Below, piece after piece: positions 34,130 through 47,229 of a DNA stretch of 64,000 nucleotides (the first letter of the stretch is position 1; each line of letters begins with the position of its first letter). The position numbers were made by a program, and so were the translations under genes. The notes beneath the pieces were generated by a model. It saw only the letters and a list, made by a program, of their open reading frames with translations, was not told the origin of the DNA and ran no database searches. The DNA comes from Malacoraja senta (lineage: Eukaryota): assembly GCA_038087875.1 (NCBI GenBank), contig CM075997.1:8124001-8188000 (forward strand), written 5' to 3'.

Positions 34130-34884
34130 CACTTTCTTGACTACATTTACTGACTAAGGTGTTAGTGAGAAGGAGACTTCAGGAGGTGAGGAACATCCCT
34201 GTCCCATGACTCCATCAATAGTGTGGACGTGCAGTTTACGAGGGATTACAAATAGCTTGGAGTTTAACAGGATAGCAAACTGGACTGGTCCAGGTATCCT
34301 GAGGCCCAGTACAAGAAGGGACGGAGCTGGTTATACTTTTTGAGAAGCCCCCGCTCCTGCAAGGTCTGTAGTAAGATGCTGCAGATATTCCACCAATTGG
34401 TGGCAGCCAGTGCCATTTTCTTCACTGTCATGTGGTGCAGGGCGCAGATCGCGGATACGAACAGGATTAACAAACTCATCAAGAAGGCTGGCTCCGTCCT
34501 AGGGGCAGAGTTGGATTAAATGGAGGTGGTCTTGGAGGGGAGGATGCTCCTCAAACTGCTGAGCGTCTTGAACGATTCAGCTCTGGTTACACACTGGTTA
34601 ACTTGAGGAGTACCTTCAGCAACAGACTAGTTCCACCAAGATGCAGTACAAAACGCCACAGGAGATCCATCTACCCTGTGGCTATCAAACTGTACAACTC
34701 CTCCCCCTTCGGTCCTGGGGTAGACTGACTCCCCTCCCCCACCCCAATCTTTCCACATCTCGAATCCTTTCCACTCGTCACATTAATTTCAAGTTTCGTG
34801 TATTTTGTGTTTTATGACAGTTGGCAGATTAATTTCCCTCCTAGGATAAATAAAGTACTATCGTATGGAAACCTATCGTATCGT
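34130..34884 (+). mobile_element. Rex1-type LINE 3' fragment
   Basis: Decayed coding sequence for KLDWS..YKKG.S.LYFLR..AIKLYNSS, with a tail ggataaataaagta(ctatcgtat). Confidence 0.75.
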
Positions 34885-35830
34885 AAGAAACGATTTGCAA
34901 AGGTTGACTGGAGTAAATTTGTTTTAAAAAAAGGGAACCAGGATACTGGAATGTTTTTAATAGTGTGATAGTTAGTTGAACGTATGCAGCTTGCTGTTCG
35001 TGTGAAGGAACAGGAATCCTGGATGACGAGATAAATTGAGACGCTGGGAGGAAAAATAGAGGCACGGGTCATGTGTAGACAGTTGGGTTCAATTGTATCA
35101 CTGACCGGTGTTATTGAACAGAGAGATCAAGTACAGGGCATGATTATCTCAAAGTGTCGAGTCAGGTGGACAGGATTCAGATGGATTTGGAACGCTGGTC
35201 TTCAATGAGAAAGGTATTGAGTATAGTAAGAACATCGTGATATAGCTGTACAAGTTGTTAGTGAAAAACGTTTGGATTACCGCAGTACGGTTGACATTAA
35301 GTTAGGGTAATGATCGGGTAGGGTAGGGTAGGGTAGGGTAGGGTAGGGTAGGGTTAGGAGTCTGAAGAAGGGTTTCTGCGTTGCCTATTTCCTTCGCTCC
35401 ATAGATGTTGCTGCACCCGCTGAGTTTCTCCATCATTTTTGTGTACCTTTGACATTAAGTTAGACAGGGAGCAAAAATATTCACCAGGATGTTTTCGGGA
35501 CCTGCGGGCATGTGTAACAGGGAAAGGCTGGTAGGCTGTGACATGTTTATTTTGAGCGCGGTTTCAAGGGTGACCTCATTGACGTGTACAAAGTCATGTA
35601 TGGCATGGATTAGGTGAACGCTCACACTCTTACCAGAATCGAGCACTGCAAAAACTGGATGCCATCGGCGCAACGTGAGAGGAGGAGATTAAGTTTGACC
35701 GACAGGGCAATTCTTTTCGCGAAAATGGTAGTGTGAATCCGGAATGAGCTTGAAAAGAAGCAATGGAAGCGGATACAATTATGTCATTTCAATTATATTT
35801 GGGAAGGTAACATACCATAACATAGAACTA
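34885..35830 (+). mobile_element. Highly degraded CR1 with a (GGGTA)n run and a Penelope pLTR tail inserted (35317-35452)
   Basis: Scattered CR1 motifs. The insert ctgaagaagggtttctgcgttgcctatttccttcgctccatagatg is the pLTR with its GAAAC box deleted. Confidence 0.6.
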
Positions 35831-36509
35831 CGGAGCGATGCAGCAGAAACATGCGCTGCGGCCCAGCACGTCCATACCAGCTAAATACGCTCCTGAGTGG
35901 ACTCATTATCCTGCGTTTGGCCAGTATCTCTTTACGCGCTACACACACACTTACAGAAAATGGAACCTTGAGCCAAAGTAACTATTGGAGAAACTCAACG
36001 TGTGAGGCTACATCTGTGGCCTCAAGGAGACACCTTGATTTTTCCTCAATGGTCTCGCAATGAACACGGTAATCTTGGTGAATCTGCTCTGCACTTCCTC
36101 AGGGAATCTACGTCCGTCTTGTTGGACATGTGCAACACAAAGGTGCCGGTGATCCACCGGGCCTAAAGTCCATGTCTTTCTCAGGTTCAGGTCGTGTTTT
36201 TCGGATTTATTGTGAGAGAGCAGTTAGAGTGCGGTTGTTTACGGGCAAAGGCTACAGCCAATGTGCGCACATGTATCAATAAATGACAGCGACATTTAAA
36301 TCGTCGACTTGCACTGGATGATATTGCAATCCTTGTAGCTTGAGTATGGATTAATGCAGGCAGGTGCAGATATGCCTTTGGAGATTTGGTAATAGTGTTC
36401 ACATGGGTGCCATTGATACGAATGCTTATCAGGCGACAATAAGAGGATTTCGGATATGTTAACCGGCTTCCATCGTACAACCTGTTATAATGTTTTAATT
36501 GCATTGCAG

Positions 36510-36805
36510 ATTCGCCGACGCCAGCTTTATTTGTGGATCAAAGTCTTGCTGTGAGAGGCGGAAAAGTCATCTTCAACTGCACAAGTCCCCGCGGTCATCC
36601 AGGCTTAATATTTACTTATATAGACACGGGGATTCGAACTACTCGGATGCCAAGGTTGCAGATGCGTGGGGAAATTCTGTGATTTTCACCATCGCGAACG
36701 TGGGCGACGACGATGAAGGAAATTATACCTGTCTGTACGAAGCAAAGGAGGACACAAAGCCGCTGACCTCTGCCCTCAGTGACACTGTCCATGTTGCTGT
36801 TCGAG
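36510..36805 (+). CDS. Membrane-proximal Ig exon D5 with a 1-nt frameshift as assembled
   Basis: Acceptor gcattgcag|. Frame 1 gives SPTPALFVDQSLAVRGGKVIFNCTSPRGHPGLIF; a shift at ttt 36611-36613 then gives YLYRHGDSNYSDAKVADAWGNSVIFTIANVGDDDEGNYTCLYEAKEDTKPLTSALSDTVHVAVR. Length is 296 nt (297 if repaired). Donor is AG|gcaagt. Confidence 0.85.
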
Positions 36806-36960
36806 GCAAGTGTGAAGCACAATCAGAAAGTAACTCAGTTTGGAGCCAGGAAATATCGCTTGATATTTTGCGGCTGTACGTAACGATCAGAACTGATTTT
36901 GCAGAGCAGAAATGAAATATCGTTTTATAACCCGGGGGTTTTCATGATGTCGATTACGAC

Positions 36961-37282
<322 letters not shown>

Positions 37283-38019
37283 TAGTTATATCACACTGAC
37301 GATCCCAAACATTCCCTGTGGTTCGATGTCAACTCCAGTACATTTTCAGCACACACAGCATCCCACCTCTGCAACTGCACGAACTTTCACGTTCTCCCTC
37401 CTACGCCGTGGATGTCCTCTCGGTGCCCTGCCTTCCTCCTCCAACCAAAACGTTCGGGGGTTGTCAGATTGCTCAACACTGTAAATAGCTCCTGTAGGTG
37501 AGAATTAGAAATGTGTGGAAGAATTTGGTATGATATCGAGAGAAACATGTGCGATGGTTTTGTGTAAATTGGGGATTGATGCTTCGAGGGTACTCAGTGG
37601 GCCGATGGGCTGGATGCCGGGCTGCATATCTCCGTCACACAATTTGTGCTGTAAGAAATCCCGGATCCAGATTCAGGTGGGAGGACCATCATTATCTACA
37701 AAGATGGCGCACGCTCCACTAAACTATCCCAGCACGTTATACTTTAACGTACATCTTCTAAGTATCAATTTCCAAAGTTAAACATTTTTAACGTAGAATT
37801 ATCAAGTGGGTAAGACCTCGACTCGAAACATCTCCTATGCATGTTATCCAGAGATGCTGCCTGACCTGTTGAATTACATCAGCCCTTAGTGTCTTTTGGA
37901 GGGATATCATTCGCTGCCTTGAGTCTGCCCCGCCAATAATTTGCTATTCACTTATATTAATTTAGTATAGTTTAGTTTGCTATTGTCTCGTGTACCGAGA
38001 TACATCAAACCTTATTTTG

Positions 38020-38600
38020 TTGCGTTTCTATCCAGTACCTTTCCATGTCCTATCCATGTACCTGTCCAAATGTTTCCTTGAACGATGGGATAGTCCCAGC
38101 CTCAACTACTCCTGTGGCAGCTTGTACCATACACCCACCAACCTCTGTGTGAAAAAGTTACCACTCGGATTCCTATTAAGTCTTTTCCCCTTCACCTTGA
38201 ACCTATGTCATCTGCTCCTCGATTCCCCTGCTCTGGGCAAAAGACTGTGCATTGTGCCTGATCTATTCCTCTCATGATTTTGTATACCTCTATAAGATAT
38301 CCACTCATCCTCCTACGCTCCATGGAATAGATACCCAGCCCACTCAACCACTCCCTATAGCTCACACTGTCTAGTCCTGGCAGCATCCTCGTAAATCTTT
38401 TCGAGGATACATTAATCCCCATTATCCATTCATCTGCCCACTTGCCCTGCTGATCAAGATTCTGCTGTACCATTTGATAACCATCTTCGCTACCTTATGT
38501 ACAACCCGCTTTAGTTTCTCCCGCATACGTACTAATGATGCGATGTACGTTCTCACTCAAATTGGTGATGCAACACGGATCCCTGAGGCACAGCACGAAT
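38020..38600 (-). mobile_element. Degraded CR1 fragment
   Basis: KRFTRMLPGLDSVSYREWL..YSMERRRM in ORF 38192-38473. Confidence 0.8.
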
Positions 38601-39849
38601 CCCAAATGGCTGGGACTCTTGTGATTTTTGTATCTTAAATCAGCTCATTAGCGCAATGCCGTACCTGAGCACAGCACGGATTAGAAAATTGTACAGGGAA
38701 CTTCGACTGATCCAGCCAGCAAAAGGCGCCATGTTTTGGCGCTATTTTAATTGTCCATTCTGGCGCTTTTTGTTGTTATGAGCGGTGCCAGGATTGCCCA
38801 GGCTGCTGTGGGCCTCCAGCCATCGTGTTTATTGGACTTGTGGATCGACCAGCACACCGACTGTCCTCTCCTCGCCCGTCCACCTTCATTCCCAACGACT
38901 TTCAGTGCGCGGCCGGTTAGAGTCCGGTTCCCCCTCCTGTCCTACCGGCCATGCTCCTTGGCATTTTGTCACAGTGTTTAGTCCGAGAGAAATGTACTGT
39001 GGGTAAAAGGGTGCTATTGTCTACACAATCTATGTCTCCAATTACTTTTTTAAACCAGATTCCTCATTTACTGCCTTCCAGGCAGAAAAGCAAATGCAGA
39101 CTATCCAGTCACCCATCATAGTGAAGGATTTCCAGATTTTTCCAAGATAATTTCCTCTATACCATGCATGGTGGAAACAACTCGTTGCCTTTGTGTAGCC
39201 ACCAGAACTGAGTATTTCGATGGCCTGTTTAACGTTTTAGGAATTTGTCCCATAATCTTCCTGTTCTGATATTCGCGTTGCAGCTCATAAAGGCAAGTAT
39301 CCTGTATGCCGTCTTCACCATCGTATATACCTCAATCATCTTCAGGAATCGTTGGATCTGCACGCCAGTGTCTTCTCGTTCTCAACATGTCACAGGATAT
39401 GTTCGTCCCCGTATTTCTCCTGCAGTTGTTACCATAATTGTTGTATTATTTGATTCACAGTGCAATGATGTCCTGGTGCCCGGAACCAGACCATTCGGCC
39501 CAATTCGTTTACGCGAATCAAAATGCCCATCTATGTTAGTCCACTTTCCCTTATTTGCCCTATGTCCAAAACCGTTCCTATCTGCGAACCTGTCCAAATG
39601 TCTTTTTAATGTTTCTCTCATTGTACGCTTCGACTTCTCAGGAATTTTGAAGAGTGCAGACTTGTGTCATAGAGAACAATACATCAGAGCTAAGATCCGT
39701 GCTAACTTTTTTTCGCACAAATTAAAACCACAACAGAGTGAACATTGCTATAAATGCACCTATGCACCAATGCAACGGGACATTTACATAAATGCATAAC
39801 ATTACATACATGCATACATACAAAACTGATTTTCGTCAGGGAACATAAA

Positions 39850-42140
39850 TATTCATAGACCATAGAAATAGGTGCAAGAGGAGGCCATTCGGGCCTTCGA
39901 TCCGACATCGCCATTCATTGTGATCATGGCTGATCATCCACAGTCAGTAACCCGTGCCTGCCTTCTCCCCATACCCCTTGATGCCGCTAGCCCCAAGAGT
40001 TCTATCCACAGTAACTCTCCTTTAACTTGATCCAGTGAATTGGCCTCCACTGCATTCTGCGCAGAGAAATAAACAAATTCACAACTCTGGGTGAAATGGT
40101 TTTTCCTCATATCAGTTTTGAATAGCCTTCCCTTTATTCTTACACTGTGATCCCCTGGTTCAACACTCCCCGAACATTGGTAACATTTTTCCTGCATCTA
40201 GCTTGTCCAGTCCTTTAATAATTTAATATGATTTTATAAGAACCCCTCTCATCCTTTTAAATTCCAGTGAATACAAGCCCAGTCTTGCCTCATATGACAG
40301 TCCCGCCACCCCGGGGATTAACCTCGTGCACCTACGCTGCATTCCCTCAATAGCAAAGATGTCCTTCCTCAAATTAGGAGACCAAAACTGCACACGATAC
40401 TCCAGATGTGGTCTCTTCAGGTCCCTGTACAACTGCTTTTGGACCTCTTTACTCCTATAAGAGCCTTCTCCAGGGCAGCTCCCAGGCTCAGGAATTCCCT
40501 CCCACAACTGGTCCGAAATTCTGAGTCCCTCACCATCTTCCAGTCACGCATCAAGACCCATATCTTCACCTCTGCATACCCTTAGTCCCATGTTCCCCTC
40601 CCCTTTGCATCTCTGTCTTACTGCTCTATTTTGTTTTGTTTATTATTGACTCTCAATGTAAAGCGACTTTGAGTCCTGAAAAGCGCTATATAAATAAAAT
40701 GTATTATTATTATAATTATTATAATCAAATCGTCTCGTTTCTTCACTGCCTGCTGTACATGCATGGTTACTTTTACTGACTGGAGTACAAGGACACGTAG
40801 GTATCGTTGCACTTCCCTTTTTCCTAATCGGACACAATTGAGATAATAAACTGCCTCCTTGTTCTTGCCGCCAAAGTGGATAGCCTCACATTTATCTACA
40901 TTATACTGCATCTGCCATGCATCTGCCACTCACCCAACCTGTCCAAGTCACCCTGCAACCTCATAGCATCCTCTTCGCAGTTCGCACTGCCACGCAGCAT
41001 TGTGTCATCTGCAAATTTGATAATGTTACTTTTAATTCCATCATCTAAATCATTAATATATATTGTAAGTAGTTGCGGCCCCAGCACCGTGCCTTGCGGC
41101 ACTCCCCTCGCCACTGCCTGCCATTCTGACAGGGACCCGTTAATTCCTACTATTTGTTTCCTGTCTGCCAACCAATTCTCCATCTATATCAATACCCTAC
41201 CCCCAATACCATCTGCTTAATTTTGCCAACAAATGTACTGTGTGGGACCTTGTCAAAAGCGTTCTAAAAGTCCAGATACACGCCATCCACTGGTTCTCCT
41301 TCATCCATTTTACTTGTCACATCCTCAAAAAATCCAGAAGATTAGTCCTGCAGCATTTAGCCTTCACAAATGCGTGCTTACTTGGACCAATCCTTTTACT
41401 GCTATCCAAATACGCCGTTATTACTGCTTTAATAATTGAATGCAGCATCTACCCCACCACAGATGTCAGGCTTCTCTCCAGATTTCTCTCTTGCTCTTTT
41501 CTTGAAAAGGGGATAACATTAGCTACCCTACAATCCACATGAACTGATTCTGAATCTATAGAACATTGGAAAGTGATCACCAATGCGTTCACGATTTCTA
41601 GAGCCATCTCCTTGAGTACTCTTGGATGGAGACCATCAGGCCTTGCGGATTTATTAGCCTTCAGTCCCATCAGTCTACCCAATACTATTTCTCGCCTAAT
41701 GCAAGTTTCTTTCAGTTCATCAGTCTCCCTAGATCCTCTGTCCTCTAGTTCATCTGGGAGATTGGTTCGCTCTTCACTAAGGAGGATACAACAAAGTACC
41801 TTCCAACTTTTCTGCCATTTCCTTGTTCCCCATAATAATTGCACCTGTTTCTGCCTTCAAGGGACCCACAGTTGTCTTTACTAATCGTTTTTCTTTTAAC
41901 AGAGAAAAAATCTTACTATCGTGCTTTATATTCTTGACGAGCTTACCTTCGTACTTCCAACTTTTCAACCCGTATTGTCCTTTTTGTTATGTCCGATGTC
42001 CTTTCAAAGTGTCCCAATCCTCTGTCTTCCCGCTATTATTTGCTATGTTATACGCCTTTCCTTCTAGTTTTATATCATCCCTAACTTCCCTTATGAGCCA
42101 CGGTTGCCTCTTACTCCCCTTAGAATCTTTGTTCCTCACG
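39850..42140 (-). mobile_element. CR1 LINE (degraded, about 2.3 kb) containing an L2 insertion
   Basis: GVPQGTVLGPQLLTIYINDLD..KFADDT, PDGLHPRVLKE, and a CR1 3' UTR near 39860. Confidence 0.9.
40460..40722 (+). mobile_element. L2 LINE 3' end inserted in CR1
   Basis: Near-identical to the reverse complement of about 600-850, with an (att)n tail. Confidence 0.88.
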
Positions 42141-42528
42141 AGGCACAAGGTTAATACTTCTCAGACGCATGCAAGCATATATTACTTGAGTCTCACTACA
42201 GAGTGTATTGTGTTTTGCCTTCATTTGCAATTTTTGCATGCTGAAATAATGTTTTTCTTCGAAGCACTCGAAGCTCGGAAAATCGTAGACATCATTGAAA
42301 TGAATTTCAGGGCAAGTTGCATGAGGTCACAAAAGTTAGTTGGCCAGTGTCACAATCCACCATGCCTATTACTGGGTACGTCCGAAATCTTCAAAGAGAT
42401 CAACGGGTTTCCAGCTGCTTCAATTCGTTGCGGTATCAGATTACTTTTCCGTTGCAAAGTCATTACTTATCTCTTGTGGAAAAAACTCATTGACTTGGAT
42501 TCTATTATTTTATCTTTGTGTTATCCAG

Positions 42529-42618
42529 GGAAATTCAATGTTCTGGCAGCTGGTGTTGGGTTCGCATTTCTTCTGATGCTACTCGTATCCGTATTGGCTG
42601 TGTGCGTCTGCATTGGAG
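42529..42618 (+). CDS. Transmembrane exon TM-B
   Basis: Strong acceptor ttttatctttgtgttatccag|, donor |gtaggt, 90 nt, phase 1-1. Encodes GKFNVLAAGVGFAFLLMLLVSVLAVCVCIG with no charged residue in the hydrophobic span. Confidence 0.85.
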
Positions 42619-42724
42619 GTAGGTTGCGCAATGCAAACCCCGTCAGAAAATTGTCGATACCCTCCCGCTCTTGTCCATTCTCTATAATCTACCAATTGAA
42701 TATTGTCCTCCTGCAATGTTTGGA

Positions 42725-43320
42725 GAACTATAGAATCACACAGAATCGAAACATGCATTTCGGTCTAGCTTCGGCCTAGTCCGTGTCGACCAACGTGACC
42801 CATTTACATTAGTCCCACCTGACTGCGTTTGGCCCATATCCCTCTAAACATATTCCATCCATGAACCTATCCAAATCATGTCTTAACCATTGTGTTAGAA
42901 TGTGCTGCCTAAACATTCTCCTCTCGCAGCTCGTTCCATACACCTAACACACTTTGAGTAGAAAAGTTACCCCTCAGGCTGCTATTTTTGTTCTCCCCTT
43001 ACCATAAATCCATGTCCTCTGGTTTTCGATTGCCCTACACTGGGAAAACGACTCTGTGCATTTACCGGATATATTCCTCCCATTGTTTTGTATACCTCTA
43101 TAATATCACCACTTATCGTCCTGATCTCCAGGGAATAAAGTCAACCTCACCCTCTGCTCAAACTCTCCCTATAGCTCAGGACCTCGAGTCCTAGCAACAC
43201 GCTCGTAAATCCTCTCTCCACCCTTTCCATATTGACAACATTTTTTCCCTCAACTCAATGCCCTAAACTGAACACAATATTCTAAAAGTGGCCTCATGAA
43301 TGTCTTAGAAAATTGTGGTG
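42725..43320 (-). mobile_element. Degraded CR1 3' fragment
   Basis: Decayed CR1 3' UTR and ORF2 end (gaaaagttacccctcagg, ctaaactgaacacaatattc). Confidence 0.7.
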
Positions 43321-44251
43321 AACTCACGGCTTAGCTGAAATACTTCCTTAGAAGGCTAAGGAAGTTCGGCATGTCCCCGGAACCGTGCATCGACCTCTAC
43401 AGATGCGCCGTCGAACCGTAGGAATTACGTTCTCGGAATGCATCACAGAATGATTTAGAAACATAGAAACATAGAAAATAGGTGCAGGAGTAGGCGATTC
43501 GCCCCTTCGAGCCTGCACCGCCATTCAATATGATCATGGCTGATCATCCAACTCAGTATGCTGTACCACCCTTCTCTCCATACCCCCTGATTCCCTTAGC
43601 CACAAGGGCTACATCTAACGCACTCTTAAATATAGCCAATGAACTGGCCTCAACTACCTTCTGTGGCAGCGAATTCCACAGATTCACCACTCTCTGTGTG
43701 AAAAATGTTTTTCTCATCTCGGTCCTCAAAGACTCCCCCCCTATCCGTAAACTGTGACCCCTTGTTCTGGACTTTCTCAACATCGGAAACAGCCTTCCTG
43801 CATCTAGCCTGTCCAACACCTTAAGAATTTTGTAAGTTTCTATAAGATCCCCCCTCAATCCTCTAAATTTTAGCGAGTACAAGCCAAGTCTATCCAATCT
43901 TTCTTCATATGAAAGTCCTGCCATCCAAGGAATCAGTCTGGTGAACCTTCTCTGTACTCGCTCTATGGCAAGAATGTCTTTCTTCAGATTAGGAGACCAA
44001 AACTGTAGGCAATACTCCGGGTGTGGTCTCACCAATGCCCTGTACAACTGCAGTAGAACCTCCCTGCTCCTATACTCAAATCCTTTTGCTATGAATGCTA
44101 ACATACCATTCGCTTTCTTCACTGCCTGCTGCACCTGCAGCCTACTTTCAATGACTGGTGTACCATGACACCCAGGTCTCGTTGCATCTCCCCGTTTCCT
44201 AATCGGCCACCATTCAGATAACAGTCTACTTTCCTGTTCTTGCCACCAAAG

Positions 44252-44305
44252 CGACTTTGAGTCCTGAAAAGCGCTATATAAATAAAATGTATTATTATTA
44301 TTATT
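44252..44305 (+). mobile_element. 54-bp minimal L2 3'-tail insertion
   Basis: cgactttgagtcctgaaaagcgctatataaataaaatgt(att)n interrupts CR1 ccaccaaag|tggataacc, with aaag repeated on both sides. Confidence 0.85.
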
Positions 44306-45992
44306 AAAGTGGATAACCTCACATTTATCCACATTATACTGCATCTGCCATGCATTTGCCCGCTCACCCAACCTATCCAAGTCACCTTGCAGCTTTCCTA
44401 GCATCCTCCTCGCAGCTAACACTGCCCCACAGCTTCGTGTCATCCACAAACTTGGAGATGTTGCATTCAATTCCCTTGTCCAAATCATTAATATATATTG
44501 TAAATAGCTGGGGTCGCAGCACTGAGCCTTGCGGTACCCCACTAGTAATTGCCTGCCATTGTGAAAAGGACCCGTTTACTCCTACTCTTTGCATCCTCTC
44601 TGCCAGCCAGTTCTCTATCCACATCAATACTGAACCCCAATACCGTGTGCTTTAAGTTTGTATACTAATCTCTTATGTGGGACCTTGTCGAAAGCCTTCT
44701 GAAAGTCCAGATATAACACATCCACTAGTTCTCCCTTATCCACTCTGCTAGTTACATCCTCGAAAAATTCTATAAGGTTCGTCAGACATGATTTACCTTT
44801 CATAAATCCATGCTGACTTTGTCCAATGATTTCACCTCTTTCCAAATGTGCTGCTATCCCATCTTTAATAACTGACTCTAGCATTTTCCCACTACCGATG
44901 TTAGACTAACCGGTCTGTAATTCCCCGTTTTCTCTCTCCCTCCCTTTTTAAAAAGTGGGGTTACATTAGCTAACCTCCAATCGTCAGGAACTACTCCAGA
45001 ATCTAAAGCGTTTTGAAATTTTATCACTAATGCATCCACTATTTCTGGGACTACTTCCTTAAGTACTCTGGGATGCAGCCTATCTGGCCCTGGGGATTTA
45101 TCGGCCTTTAACCCATTCAATTTACTTAACACCACTTCCCGAATAACCTAGATTTCACTCAGGTCCTCCATCTCATTTGACCCCCGATCGCCTGCTATTT
45201 CCGGCAGATTATTTATGTCTTCCTTAGTGAAGACAGAACCAAAGTAGTTATTCAATTGGTCTGCCATGTCCTTGTTCTCCATGATCAATTCACCTGTTTC
45301 TGACTGCAAGGGACCTACATTTGTTTTAACTAATCTTTTTCTCTTCACATATCTATAAAATCTTTTGCAGTCAGTTTTTATGTTCCCTGCCAGTTTTCTT
45401 TCATAATCTATTTTCCCTTTCCTAATGAAGCCATTTGCCCTCCTCTGCTGGACTCTGAATTTCTCCCAGTCCGCTGGTAGGCTGCTTTTTCTGGCTAATT
45501 TGTATGCTTCATCTTTTGTTTTGATACTATCCCTGATTTTCCTTGTTCTCCACCAATGCACTACCTTCCCTGATTTACTCTTTTGCCAAACTGGGATGAA
45601 CAATTGTTGTAGTTCATCCATGCAGTCTTTAAATGCCTTCCATTGCATATCCACCGTCAACCCTTTAAGAATTAACTGCCAGTCTACCTTGGCCAATTCA
45701 CGTCTCTTACCCTCAAAGTTACCTTTCTTTATGTTCAGAACCCTTGTTTCTGAATTAACTATGTTACTCTCCATCCTAATGAAGAACTCAACCATATTAT
45801 GGCCACTCTTGCCCAAGGGGCAACGCACAACAAGACTGCTAACTAACCTTTCCTCATTACTCAATACCCAGTCTAGAATAGCCTGCTCTCTCGTTGGTTG
45901 CTCTACATGTTAGTTTAGAAAACTATTCCGCATACATTCCAAGAAATCCTCTTCCTCAGCATCCCTGCCAATTTGATTCACCCAATCTATAT

Positions 45993-46721
45993 TGACTCAG
46001 CACTGAAATTTGACAAACAAATCAATGCTGTGGTAAAAGCTAGCTTCTTTTAGCTTCGGACGATAGCTAAAAAAAACAATTCCTCCACTTTGATGACCTC
46101 GAAAAGATCATCCACACATTTATCTCCTCCCGCCTAGATTACTGCAACTCCCTTTACACTGGCATCAGCCAATCTTCCATGTCCCGCCTGGAACTGGTCC
46201 AAAACGCCGCAGCGAGACTCCTGACGGGCACCCGAAAAAGGGACTACATCACCCCGATCCTGGCCTCTCTCCATTGGCTCCTTGTGCGGTTCCGTATAAA
46301 TTTCAAGATCCTCCTCTATGTCTACAAAGCCCTCAATGGGCTTGCCCCCACCTACATTAAAAGTCTTCTCACCCACCACTCCACCTCCAGGTCCCTCAGA
46401 TCGGCCGACTTGGGGTTGCTGAATATCCCGCGGTATAGGCATAAGCTCAGGGGCGACCGCACCTTTGCGGTTGCAGCTCCTAGACTGTGGAACAGCATCC
46501 CCCTTCGCATCAGAACTGCCCCCTCCATCGACTCATTTAAGTCAAGACTAAAAACTTATCTATACTCCCAAGCCTTTCTTGACATCCTCTGAGCGAGGGC
46601 TGTATATATGTATGTAGTTAGTTTGTTTATATTATTCTTATAACAAATGTAAAACACTTTGGCCAACGAGAGTTGTTTTTTAAACGTGCTATATAAATAA
46701 ATGTGACTTGACTTGACTTGA
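45993..46721 (+). mobile_element. L2 LINE 3' fragment (second family) inserted in CR1
   Basis: LELVQNAAARLLT..ITPILASLHWL..FKILL..APRLWNSIP, a (gactt)n tail, and a ctatat TSD at 45987 and 46722. Confidence 0.92.
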
Positions 46722-47229
46722 CTATATGTAGATTGAAGTCACCCATTATAACTGTTTTACCTTTGTTGCACGCATTTCTAATTTCCTGTTTGATGCCATC
46801 CCCAACTCCACTACTACTGTTAGGTGGCCTGTACACAACTCCCACTATAATGTTCTGCCCTTTAGTGTTTCGCAGCTCTACCCATATCGATTCCACATCC
46901 TCCAAGCTAATGTCCTTCCTTTCTATTGCGTTAATCTCCTCTCTAACCAGCAACGCTACCCCACCTACTTTTCCTTTCTGTCTATCCCTCCTGAATATTG
47001 AATATCCCTGGATATTCAGCTCCCAGCCTTGGTCACCCTGGAGCCATGACTCCGTGATCCCAACTATATCACATTCATTAATAACTTAGGAATAGCTTCT
47101 TCCATGACCTATAAAATAGTAGTGTGGACGTAGCCCAGATCATCACGCAAACCAACCTACATTCCATTGACTCTCCCTTCCATCTAGATGCTGCATCGGA
47201 AAGGCCATGAGCATAATCAAGGTCGGCCT

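Larger units (their letters stand above)
43457..47085 (-). mobile_element. Long CR1 LINE (endonuclease to 3' end, frameshifted) inserted into a Rex1 fragment
   Basis: EN motifs GVVYRPPNS..IMGDFN; RT motifs KSPGPD, QHGFMKGKSCLTNL and GVPQGSVL; (acatagaa)n tail. The flanks at 43335-43456 and 47086-47225 are contiguous Rex1-like sequence. Confidence 0.93.

Noticed and set aside
35317..35357. (GGGTA)n as an interstitial telomere
   Set aside because: The unit is a pentamer rather than TTAGGG and the run is short; treated as a microsatellite next to a pLTR relic.
41823..42779. 318-aa plus-strand ORF
   Set aside because: A chance read-through of antisense CR1, intron sequence and the real 90-nt TM-B exon; not a single gene.
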